NCBI GenBank assembly: GCA_039208735.1
Contig: JBCCQY010000090.1
Span: forward strand, 1 to 36,378
Origin: Myxococcota bacterium
Lineage (GTDB): Bacteria > Myxococcota_A > UBA796 > GCA-2862545
DNA: 36,378 nt
Reading direction: 5' to 3'
Position numbers and translations under genes: made by a program. Shown here piece by piece: positions 27,687 through 36,378 of the stretch. Below the pieces are notes generated by a model. That model saw only the letters and a program-made list of their open reading frames with translations. It did not search any database and had not been told where the DNA came from. Position 1 is the first letter of the stretch. Every line of letters starts with the position of its first letter.

Positions 27687-28271
27687 ATGACGCTTGGGTA
27701 CCTGATCTTCGCCCTCGCTCCGTCTGCGAGCGCACAGGCACCCGAGGTGCCCACCACCACCGTGGAACCCGACGACAAAAAGGGGCGCCAGCGCGAGACC
27801 ATCGAGGCCCTTCGTGAAGGAAAGGGGACCGGCGGCTACGGCGGGCCCGAGTTTGGTTTTGGCCTACTGGGTGGCCGTGCCGCCTCCCGGGTTGGGAGCC
27901 GGGCGGGCTGGGTCGCCACCCGCAACCTCATCGTGGGCGGTTTCGCCGAGGGCATCAACAGCGACACCGAAGCCAATGAACCCGTACGCATCGTCGACGC
28001 GGGTGCCTTCCTCGAAACGCAGATCGCGCCTTACCAGACCATCCACGCCTCCATCGAGGGCGGGGTAGGTGTCGGTTCGGTGGCGTGGGGTGCCAATCGG
28101 GCGGCTGGCTTCCTGCCCTATGCGGCGGTGCGACTCGAAGTGAATGTGGTGGAGTGGTTTCGGCTGTCCGTAGGTCCGAACCTCCGGGGCATCGTGTCGA
28201 ACGCGGTGCCCGTCGATAAAAGCCGCGTCTCGGGCGGACTCGACGTCGCACTGAAGTTCGGCGCGTTCTGA
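27687..28271 (+). CDS. Hypothetical outer-membrane beta-barrel-like protein
   Basis: GGAGG RBS, signal peptide (…ASAQA), GGYGGP, terminal LKFGAF. Confidence 0.7.
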   Translation: MTLGYLIFALAPSASAQAPEVPTTTVEPDDKKGRQRETIEALREGKGTGGYGGPEFGFGLLGGRAASRVGSRAGWVATRNLIVGGFAEGINSDTEANEPVRIVDAGAFLETQIAPYQTIHASIEGGVGVGSVAWGANRAAGFLPYAAVRLEVNVVEWFRLSVGPNLRGIVSNAVPVDKSRVSGGLDVALKFGAF

Positions 28272-28443
28272 AATGGCGATCGTAGCGACCTGCTCGAGCC
28301 GCCCGCCGCCCCCCTGACCGGGCGGGGTTCCTTCGCAATCGGCCCGCGTGGGTCGTGCGGCCGAACGGCATCGACCGCTACGACGCAGGGTCTGACGGTC
28401 CGAAGCTCGTCTTGTAGGATGCGGGGCTCGAGGGGGCCCACAC

Positions 28444-31098
28444 ATGGACGAACTCACCGCTCAACTTCGGCGTAGCCGCGCGATCGGCTTGGTTCTCCCC
28501 CTGTTCTTCCTCTCCGGGGCGACCGCCCTGGCCTACCAAACGCTGTGGGTACGCGAACTTCAGGTCGAACTCTTCGGCACCTCCACCTTCGCGATTTCGA
28601 CGGTCCTCGCAGCATTTATGGGCGGTTTGGCCCTCGGGGGCTTCGCCATGGCGCGGCTTGCGGACCGCGTGACGCGGCCCCTGCACCTTTATGGCTGGCT
28701 CGAAGTAGGCATTGGACTCTATGCCCTCGCGTTTCCCTGGCTGGTTCAGGGCCTGCAACCCGTCTACCTCGAGGCGTGGCGTACCCTGCGACCGGATCCG
28801 CTGACCTTCGGCCTCATCCAATTCGGGCTCGTATCGATCGGTCTCGTCCTGCCCACAGCGGCCATGGGCGCCACACTTCCCCTGCTGGCCCGATTCGCAA
28901 CCGAACGGTTGGGGGCCGCGGGCGAACGGGTGGGCACGTTGTACGCAGTCAACACGCTCGGCGCGGTCGTCGGGACGGCCGCGTGCGGCTTTGGCTTGCT
29001 CCCGGGACTCGGGCGCGCGACGACCACCGGTTTGGCGGCCGGCGCGAACCTGCTCTTGGGCGTTGCGGCCATCGCGCTTTCGGCCTGGGCAGGGCGTCAC
29101 CAGACCACCGTCGTCAATGATCTTTCGGAACCTCATCCCACGTCGCGTTGGCTCCTCCCCGTCGGCATGGCCATCGGCCTCGCAGGATTCTCGGCCCTCG
29201 CCTACGAAGTGGCATGGACTCGCCTGCTCGGTCTCATGCTGGGGGCCTCGACCTACGCGTTCACCATCATGCTGCTGTCGTTTCTCGTCGGCATCGCCTT
29301 AGGTGGCGCACTCGGGGGCCCGCTTGCGGACCGTATGTTCACGAGGTGGGGAGCCCCCGGCGTCCTCCTGACGTTCGCGGGCGTTGAAGTCGCCATCGCG
29401 CTGGTGTCCTACGCGATGATGTACCTCTACCCCCAGCTTCCGTTTCTTTACGTGTGGCTCTTCGATGCCTTGCGCGCAGAAGCGAGACCCGAACGTGCCT
29501 TTGAGGTGTCCATGGTCGTCGCGGCCTGCATCATGACCCCACCGGCGGTGCTGATGGGGCTGCACTTCCCGCTGGCCGTCCGCGCCGTCATCGGCGACCG
29601 AGACCAGCTCGGTGGACCGGTAGGCGTCGTGTACGGGCTCAACACCTTGGGTGGCGTCATCGGAGCCTTCCTCGCCGGCTTCGTGCTGCTTCCGATGCTC
29701 AAACTGCAGGGCACCGTCTACACCGCCGCCATCATCGAACTCGTGGCCGCGGGGGGGCTGCTTGTGGCCGTGGCCCAGCAACCGGCTTGGCGCTCGATCG
29801 CCGTGGCATTTGGCATGTCCGTGGCCGGCATCGCACTGGCCCTCGGCGGGCTTGCAACCCGCCCTCCCTGGAATCCGATGCTCATGACCGCGGGCATGTA
29901 CACCTACGTGTCGAACTTCGACGATCACAGCCGCGAAGGCATCCTGGCTTACGCAGTGGAGAAGTATGAGCTGCTGTACTACGCCGAAGGATTGTCGACG
30001 GTCGTGACGGTGGCCCGCAGCCCGCGTACGGGAAACCTCTGGCTGGCCAACAACGGGAAGATCGATGCCTCAACCGAGGGCGACCTTCCCACCCAAGTGC
30101 TGTGTTCCCTTCTTCCGATGCAATACGTCGAAGACCCGAAGCGGGTGCTCGTCATCGGCTTAGCAAGTGGAATCACCGCCGGCGCAGTCACCCAAATCGA
30201 AGCGGTCGAACGTCTCGAAATCGTGGAACTCGAACCGCGAATCGAAGAGGCCGCTCGCCTGTTTGGCCCCTACAACCATGACGTGCTTGACGACCCTCGT
30301 GTGGAACTCATCATCAACGATGGACGCAACCACGTGCTCCTCGCCGAGCCCGGTACCTATGACGTCATCGTGAGTGAACCCTCGAACCCCTGGATCACGG
30401 GCGTCTCGAACCTCTTCACACGGGAGTTCCTCGAGATCGGAAAGTCCCGTCTCGCGGAAGGTGGCGTGTGGTCCCAGTGGATCCAGATGTATGGAATGGC
30501 CCCCGACGACCTACGCACGTTGCTCGGAACCGTGGCTGACGTGTTTCCGTACGTGAACCTGTACGTGTTGGACCACGCCGATCTCGTGCTTGTGGCGTCG
30601 GAAAAGCCATTGCCCGCCACGCTGGACCGAGCCGCCCATCTGCTGGCGTGGCCAGGCGCCCGGCGCGAATTGGCCTCGGTCGACGAACGATTGCAGGGCG
30701 AAGACAACCATGTGCCGCTGAGGACACCAGCCAACCTGCTTTCGTTCTATGCCTTCGACCAGGACGTCATGCGTAAGTTGGGCCAAGGCTACCCCATGAA
30801 CACCGATGACAACATGATCATCGAGTATTCAGCCCCCCTCAACCTCCATCGCACCACACAGATCGCGAACAACGAACTGATCGCCGAACATGCCGAGGTG
30901 CCCGTCCGCTGGGTGCCGGGCGCCGAAGCCCTCGCCGAACTCGCCAAAGCCTACCGAGCGCGGTGGGATGAACGCGCGTTTCCTACCATGGAGGCGGCGA
31001 TCGAACAGGCCCCCACCGAAGAGACGGCCATCGCTTGGTCGGTCCTCGTCGAAGCCTGGCGAGCCGAAGACGCGGATTGGGAGTGGGTGGACGAATGA
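28444..31098 (+). CDS. Fused MFS-like membrane domain/spermidine synthase-like protein
   Basis: Duplicated membrane repeat (FFLSGATALAYQTLW / LAGFSALAYEVAW), then RVLVIGLASGIT, IVELEP, INDGRNHV, YDVIVSEPSNPW and NLFTREF. Confidence 0.9.
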   Translation: MDELTAQLRRSRAIGLVLPLFFLSGATALAYQTLWVRELQVELFGTSTFAISTVLAAFMGGLALGGFAMARLADRVTRPLHLYGWLEVGIGLYALAFPWLVQGLQPVYLEAWRTLRPDPLTFGLIQFGLVSIGLVLPTAAMGATLPLLARFATERLGAAGERVGTLYAVNTLGAVVGTAACGFGLLPGLGRATTTGLAAGANLLLGVAAIALSAWAGRHQTTVVNDLSEPHPTSRWLLPVGMAIGLAGFSALAYEVAWTRLLGLMLGASTYAFTIMLLSFLVGIALGGALGGPLADRMFTRWGAPGVLLTFAGVEVAIALVSYAMMYLYPQLPFLYVWLFDALRAEARPERAFEVSMVVAACIMTPPAVLMGLHFPLAVRAVIGDRDQLGGPVGVVYGLNTLGGVIGAFLAGFVLLPMLKLQGTVYTAAIIELVAAGGLLVAVAQQPAWRSIAVAFGMSVAGIALALGGLATRPPWNPMLMTAGMYTYVSNFDDHSREGILAYAVEKYELLYYAEGLSTVVTVARSPRTGNLWLANNGKIDASTEGDLPTQVLCSLLPMQYVEDPKRVLVIGLASGITAGAVTQIEAVERLEIVELEPRIEEAARLFGPYNHDVLDDPRVELIINDGRNHVLLAEPGTYDVIVSEPSNPWITGVSNLFTREFLEIGKSRLAEGGVWSQWIQMYGMAPDDLRTLLGTVADVFPYVNLYVLDHADLVLVASEKPLPATLDRAAHLLAWPGARRELASVDERLQGEDNHVPLRTPANLLSFYAFDQDVMRKLGQGYPMNTDDNMIIEYSAPLNLHRTTQIANNELIAEHAEVPVRWVPGAEALAELAKAYRARWDERAFPTMEAAIEQAPTEETAIAWSVLVEAWRAEDADWEWVDE

Positions 31099-31967
31099 GC
31101 TTGGGAGAGGCCATGAACGCAGTACCGACGCATCACCAGACAACCGTTGAGGGACTGACCCTTCACCATCGGGAGGTAGGCTCCGGTCCTCCGATCCTGA
31201 TGATCCACGGATGGCCTACGTCCTCCGCACTGTGGCGCAACATCCTACCCATCGTCGGCCGTACCCACCGGGCCATCGCCATCGACCTGCCGGGATTCGG
31301 TCAGTCGAGCAAACCCTTGGATGCAAGCTACAGCTTTCGCTTCTTCGATCGCATCCTGGACGGGTTCCTCGAACAACTGGGAATCGAAGAGGTCGGTCTG
31401 GTGGTGCACGATCTGGGGGGGCCCGTAGGTCTGCACTGGGCGGTTCAGCGGCTGGAACGCATCCGCAAGCTCGCGTTGATGAATACGTTGGTCTACCCTG
31501 ATCTCTCGTTCGCCGTCATGGCGTTTATTGCCGCCGCCCGGCTGCCCCTCGTCCGGAACCTCCTGACCAGCGCCTGGGGGCTCGAACAAGCCCTGTACCT
31601 GGGCGTAACGGACCGCCGTAGGCTCGCCCCCGATGCGGCGGCCTCGTTTGTTGCGCCCTTTCGCAACCGAGCCGATCGCCGAGCCCTGGCCAAAGCAGCG
31701 GTAGGACTGCATCCTGGAGGCTTGAAGACGATCGCTTTGCGACTGCCCGAGTTCAAAGGCCCGGTTCGCATTCTCTACGGAGCCAACGATCGGATCTTGC
31801 CCGAGTTTCCCACGAAGACCCTCGCGCAACTCCGACGAGACCTGCCTCAGGCGGAGGTAACGGAACTGGAAGACTGCGGTCACTTTCTCCAAGAAGAGCG
31901 GCCTAAGGACATCGGAACCCTCCTCCATCGGTTCTTCGACGAATCCGCGACCGGCGAGGAGTGCTAA
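31095..31967 (+). CDS. Alpha/beta hydrolase (haloalkane dehalogenase/epoxide hydrolase-like)
   Basis: ATGA overlap with the upstream gene. IHGWPTSSALWR, DLPGFGQS, nucleophile HDLGG, CGHFLQEE. Confidence 0.9.
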   Translation: MSLGEAMNAVPTHHQTTVEGLTLHHREVGSGPPILMIHGWPTSSALWRNILPIVGRTHRAIAIDLPGFGQSSKPLDASYSFRFFDRILDGFLEQLGIEEVGLVVHDLGGPVGLHWAVQRLERIRKLALMNTLVYPDLSFAVMAFIAAARLPLVRNLLTSAWGLEQALYLGVTDRRRLAPDAAASFVAPFRNRADRRALAKAAVGLHPGGLKTIALRLPEFKGPVRILYGANDRILPEFPTKTLAQLRRDLPQAEVTELEDCGHFLQEERPKDIGTLLHRFFDESATGEEC

Positions 31968-31986
31968 CAGAACGGAGAGGCCGCGA

Positions 31987-32424
31987 ATGCGATTCTTCTT
32001 CGATCCAGACTCGCTCTTCCTGCGATCCACGGCTGCGGCCGTGGTTCAGGGCGCGATCGTCCTAAATGCATTGGCCCTCGGCTATGCGATGGCCCTGCGT
32101 GCGATCGGGGTGAGCATGGGACTCGCGGTGCTCCTGGTCGCAAGCCTCCTGTTGAGCCGAACCACGGTGGTCCTCATCATCGATGCGGCGCGTCAGGTGG
32201 GTTGGATCGATGGCATCCGCGACACGCTGCTGTCGCAGTACGCCACCACGTCGGCGACCCGCGAGGGGCCAGAAGAGACGGCAAGGCCATTCGCATCCGA
32301 AGCCATTCGTTCTCCAACCGAACCCGACCGCCGAGAGCCGGCGGGGCCTCGCCTCGAAGTTGTCCGAACTCCCGAAACGGAAACCTCGGAACTTCCTCAG
32401 ATCTTTCCCAACCGCACGCTATAG
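31987..32424 (+). CDS. Hypothetical membrane protein
   Basis: GGAGAGG RBS, two hydrophobic segments and a disordered tail. Confidence 0.55.
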   Translation: MRFFFDPDSLFLRSTAAAVVQGAIVLNALALGYAMALRAIGVSMGLAVLLVASLLLSRTTVVLIIDAARQVGWIDGIRDTLLSQYATTSATREGPEETARPFASEAIRSPTEPDRREPAGPRLEVVRTPETETSELPQIFPNRTL

Positions 32425-32660
32425 GCGGGACGCCAAATGCGGTCAGAAATAGACCTGAACAACCGATCCTGGATGGACATCTGTTCACCTTCCGTGCTAG
32501 GGGTAGAGCCAAGGAGGTCGACCGGCCTCCAACCTTGCCTTTTGCTCAGGAGCCTCCGATGCCGTTCGAAATCGTTGTTGCGTGTGCCCTCCTTGCCAGC
32601 GTGGCTGGCCTCATGGCCAACGAAGAACGTCCCGAAGGCGCCTAGCTTGCGAGCGATGGA

Positions 32661-33599
32661 GTGAACGAGCCCCTGCCCTTCTTGGCCAACGAAGCGGCCC
32701 TCGACCGATGGCTCTCCGATGGTCAGGCCGTGCACCACGGCCTGGTGAGCGCCGCACGTCAGTTGGGGCGTACAGAAGATCCCGAACGATTCAGCCGGGG
32801 GTCACTACCGGTGGCGGCCTTTGGCGACGTCGTGATCAAGCTCTTTCCGCACTTTGAGGAGGACCTGGCGGAAACGGAACGTGGGTGTTTAGCCGCCCTT
32901 GAAGGCGCGTTGCCCGTCCCAACCCCGGGCCTCATCGAGCACCGTTCGCTTCCGGGCTGGCACGTGGTGGTGATGGAGCGACTGCGAGGCGTAGAACTCG
33001 CGGACCGCTGGCCGACCTTACCGCTCGACGCCCGCCTCGACCTCGCTCGACAGGTGGGGGAATGTGCCGTGGCCTTGCACCGCCAAGCCGCTCCCGCGTC
33101 CGTCCCGCAAATCGAATGGTCTGCGTGGGTGGATGAACGCAAACCCCTCGTCGTTGCCCGACAGCGCGAACGCGGAGCCCCCGCCTGGCTTCTGGACAGT
33201 CTAGATTCCTTTGTCGCAACAGCGGATCTTTCCGAGGGGCCTCGAGGGCGAGGGTGGCTGCACACCGAGCTGATGCTCGAGCACCTGTTGGCCGAGCCGA
33301 CCGACCAAGGCCAATGGCGCTTGTCGGGTCTGTTTGACTTCGAACCCAGCATGGTGGCCCCTGTCGACTACGAATGGTCGTCCTTGGGACTGTTTGTGGC
33401 CCGGGGCGAGGCCAACGTCTGGCGTGCGGTCCTCAAGGGGTTGGGGGTCGCGTCCACCCCTGACGTTCCCCTGCGCGCGTTCGCGATGGCGCTGATGCAT
33501 CGCTACGTGAACCTGGCCTGGTACCTGCGAAGGCTCCCATCGCCGCACCCTGATCTTCGTTCGGTCATCGAGGCGTGGTTTGGCCTCGACGCTCCTTGA
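32661..33599 (+). CDS. Aminoglycoside phosphotransferase/choline kinase-family protein
   Basis: VVIKLFP, LPVPTP, VVMERLRG, LHTELMLEHLL, GLFDFEP. Confidence 0.8.
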   Translation: MNEPLPFLANEAALDRWLSDGQAVHHGLVSAARQLGRTEDPERFSRGSLPVAAFGDVVIKLFPHFEEDLAETERGCLAALEGALPVPTPGLIEHRSLPGWHVVVMERLRGVELADRWPTLPLDARLDLARQVGECAVALHRQAAPASVPQIEWSAWVDERKPLVVARQRERGAPAWLLDSLDSFVATADLSEGPRGRGWLHTELMLEHLLAEPTDQGQWRLSGLFDFEPSMVAPVDYEWSSLGLFVARGEANVWRAVLKGLGVASTPDVPLRAFAMALMHRYVNLAWYLRRLPSPHPDLRSVIEAWFGLDAP

Positions 33600-33635
33600 G
33601 CGATTGCGGACGTATGCTGCCTCGAGGGAGGCCAC

Positions 33636-34870
33636 ATGCGCCGAATCGGAATCATCTTTTCGGGGGGTCCCGCCCCTGCCGCCAATGCTGTCATCACATC
33701 CTGCGTGATGGCGTTTCGCCGCGCCGGCATCGAAGTGGTGGGGTTCCGCCACGGGTATCGCGGGCTCATGGCCGAAGAGCTGGTCGAAGACCGGGATTGG
33801 TTTCGATTTGAGAACCACCACCTCCGAGGCCTACGGAATCGACGGGGCATCATCGTGGGCACCGCTCGGGCCAATCCGGGCAAGGCCATTCGCCAACCTG
33901 CCGATCTCGAGGACGCCGATAAATCTGCACCGTTGGCGCGGGTGCACCAAGCACTGACCTCCCTCGGCATCGACGCCTTGGTGAGCATTGGCGGCGAGGA
34001 CACGCTCCGCACGGCCAACCTGCTGCATCGGTTTCAACGGGGCCTGCCCGAAGAAGCCCATCGCATCAGGGTCGTTCATCTGCCCAAGACGATCGACAAC
34101 GACTACCGGGGTATCGACTTCACGTTTGGGTTTTTCACGGCGGTTGACGTGCTCGCGAAGGAGCTGCTCAACCTTCGGGCCGATGCCATGGCCACAAGCC
34201 GCTACTTCATCTGCGAAACGATGGGTCGCAAGGCAGCGTGGTTGCCCTATGGGGTCGCGATCGCAGGCGAAGCTCACATGGTCATTGGGGTCGAGGACGT
34301 CATGGGGCCGCTGGCCATTGAAGGCACCACGCCACCCGACTCCACGTCGATGCCCTGTGCGATCGCATTGGAGAGTTGGTCGAAACTCGCTATGCCTCGG
34401 GCCGCGACTACGGCACAGTCGTGTTGGCCGAGGGATTGGCCGAGCTGCTTCCCGAGGATCAGCTCGCCCATCTGCCTCGCGATCCACACGGTCACATCTC
34501 GATCAGCCGCCTAAACCTCGCCAAGCTCGTCGCGGAACGTGCGAAGGAGCGAATCGAGGCGAAGACCGGTCGGAAGGTCGCGATGACCGGGGTCCAGCTC
34601 GGCTACGAGGCGCGATGTGCGCCACCGCACGCCTTTGACGTGGTGCTCGGCTGCCAGCTTGGCCAGGGTGCCTACCGCGCTCTGGTCGAGGAGGGGCTCG
34701 ATGCCCATCTCGTAAGTGTCGAGGGACAAATGACGCTGCAGTTCGTTCCGTTCGACCAGCTCGTCGATCAAGAGACCCTGAACAGTCACGTTCGGTTCGT
34801 GCCTCCGGGCAGCGACTTTCACCGACTCGCGCATGCGCTCGGCACACGGTTGCCCAGTTCGTCGAGCTGA
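33636..34870 (+). pseudogene. pfp: PPi-type 6-phosphofructokinase, split by a 1-nt frameshift near 34335-34337 (pseudogene or sequencing error)
   Basis: First frame: SGGPAPAAN, SIGGEDT, PKTIDND, ETMGRKAAWL. The -1 frame continues RLHVDALCDRIGELVETR…VVLAEG…QLGYEARC to 34870. Confidence 0.8.
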
Positions 34871-34918
34871 GTCCAAATTCGATACGATGCAAAATGCGCG
34901 GGGCTTGAGGGGCCCACC

Positions 34919-36378
34919 ATGGGGGGACAAGTACTGGCTCTCGTTGCGTTGCAGTCGGCCATCGCCGAGGCACAGGTAACGACGGTCGAAGAACTCATCA
35001 CCGCGGTCAATGACGGAAAGCCCGGCGCTACCATCACCCTTGATCAAGGCACGTTCGATCTCGTCGAGCCCTTGCGGCTCAAGGTCGACATGACGCTGCA
35101 AGGCGCGGGCAAGGGCCGCACCATCCTCCAGAGTGGGGGCACGGATTGGCTGGCTGGCCCCGCCGAAACGGGGGGCGACGGAGGGGCCAATTGGAACGCC
35201 GTCGATTGCGAGCAGTACCTCCTTGCATTCGAGGACCGGGCAACCGGCGTGACCATCGCCGATCTGACGCTACGGGGGCCGGATCGCCTGGGTGCGATCT
35301 GCGCATTCAACCCCGATGGCTTGGAATTGACCGGCCTCGAGATCCGGGAGTTTCTCTGGAGTGGTGTCCGCACCTATGGAATGGAGGACGCTCACATCCA
35401 CCACAACACCTTCGTCGACGCGGGCGGTCGAGTAGGGGTCACCCAAGGAGCCACAGGCGGCGCCTTGTTCCTGACGTTTACGCGAACGTCCGACATCCAC
35501 GACAATCGCTTCACCAAGACCCCAGAGTTCAAGAGCAACTACTTCGGTATCAAAGGCCGACAAGCTCGAGAAACCCGGATTCACCACAACACGATCGAGA
35601 CGAGCTTCGCCATCGAGTTCCCGTTTGAGAACGATGAAAACGTCGAGATCGACCACAATGTGTTGCTCGGTACCGTATCGATTCCCAAATCGAACGGGGG
35701 CCCGGTGCCGGAGGGCGGATTCACCTTCCACCTCCATCACAACTACCTCAATCGCACCTATTCGGTCGAGTTCCATCGCAACGGCGTGGAAATCGACCAC
35801 AACCTGTTCGACTTCGCGCTCGACGATGATGGTGGCAACCTCATCAGTGGCTTTGCCAACGTGGCCGCGATGGGATCCACGAGGATGCACAACAACCTGA
35901 TCTCGAATCCAGGTCGGGGCATATACTGGAATGACGGTGTATATCAAGGCTTTTCGTTCTTCAACAACCATGTCCGAGGCGCCACCACCGCGACGCCGCG
36001 AACCGACGGACTCTTTGGCTTTCGCGTCGAATCCGATGGCCTCGCCACCGACTGGTCCGCCATCGAGATTCGCGACAACATCATCGAACTGACGGGAACG
36101 CCGCGCTCCCTGATGCGGAATGAAGCGAGCTACGCGGCCGTCATCGAAAACAACGCGCTGACCAACCTAGGTGACACCGCTTCGTACGAAAACCCCTCCA
36201 CCGGAGCCCCGCAAGGCCTCCTCGAACCCCTACGGTTCCGTCTGGGAGCAGATGAGGCCTACCTTGTCGACGGCTGGAACTTCGGTCGGTACGTCGAGCC
36301 CTCGGAAACTGGCGAGACCGGCGATACGGCGGTGCCAAGTGCACCGACCGGCGATACCGCGATGCCCAAGCCGACCCC
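34919..36378 (+). CDS. Secreted right-handed parallel beta-helix repeat protein, 3'-truncated by the window edge
   Basis: Absent from the ORF track because no stop falls in the window. Manual translation gives MGGQVLALVALQSAIAEAQVTTVEELITAVNDGKPGATITLDQGTF…LQGAGKGRTIL, recurrent IHHNTF/IHDNRF/IDHNLF repeats and a DTA/Pro-rich linker at the end. Confidence 0.8.
   Translation, partial: MGGQVLALVALQSAIAEAQVTTVEELITAVNDGKPGATITLDQGTFDLVEPLRLKVDMTLQGAGKGRTILQSGGTDWLAGPAETGGDGGANWNAVDCEQYLLAFEDRATGVTIADLTLRGPDRLGAICAFNPDGLELTGLEIREFLWSGVRTYGMEDAHIHHNTFVDAGGRVGVTQGATGGALFLTFTRTSDIHDNRFTKTPEFKSNYFGIKGRQARETRIHHNTIETSFAIEFPFENDENVEIDHNVLLGTVSIPKSNGGPVPEGGFTFHLHHNYLNRTYSVEFHRNGVEIDHNLFDFALDDDGGNLISGFANVAAMGSTRMHNNLISNPGRGIYWNDGVYQGFSFFNNHVRGATTATPRTDGLFGFRVESDGLATDWSAIEIRDNIIELTGTPRSLMRNEASYAAVIENNALTNLGDTASYENPSTGAPQGLLEPLRFRLGADEAYLVDGWNFGRYVEPSETGETGDTAVPSAPTGDTAMPKPT

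Noticed and set aside
28306..28325. GC hairpin CCGCCC…GGGCGG after the beta-barrel gene as a terminator
   Set aside because: Short stem, no convincing U-tract, and expected by chance at this GC content.
34320..34345. Programmed -1 ribosomal frameshift in pfp
   Set aside because: No X XXY YYZ slippery heptamer is present. An indel is the simpler explanation.
1..36378. Global TGA reassignment (genetic code 4 or 25) as the explanation for the in-frame TGAs
   Set aside because: TGA ends several genes at natural termini, including coupled GTGA/ATGA overlaps at 16905-16908 and 31095-31098. Only two internal TGAs were found.

Overview
High-GC bacterial chromosomal window, probably Myxococcota (inferred from gene content, not proven), with about 27 protein-coding genes and no recognisable rRNA, tRNA, CRISPR or mobile element. 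The main finding is at 1159-6993. Two adjacent minus-strand genes each appear cut short by an in-frame TGA, but each reads through into coherent coding sequence and has a SECIS-like hairpin just after the TGA. One is an ArsM-like SAM methyltransferase (…DLWAA-U-IGGAL…, TGA at a conserved Cys position). The other is a 1108-aa SARP/BTAD-STAND ATPase-TPR transcriptional regulator (…FDVHL-U-LWEYHLY…). Divergent from them are a DsrE-family CxxC protein and a NifS/IscS-like cysteine desulfurase, which together suggest a selenoprotein-based Se/S/metalloid sensing and methylation module. The rest of the window holds the 3' part of cheA, a TadG-like protein, a second STAND regulator with 10-bp phased repeats, a DUF3857/transglutaminase protein and a GPH-type MFS transporter. 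It also holds a putative Zur-regulated merC-like/COG0523/FAD oxidoreductase operon, two LysR regulators, a pectinacetylesterase-like hydrolase, an orphan ExbD, a hybrid PAS kinase, a fused MFS/spermidine synthase, an alpha/beta hydrolase and an APH-like kinase. It ends with a frameshifted PPi-type phosphofructokinase and a 3'-truncated beta-helix protein.
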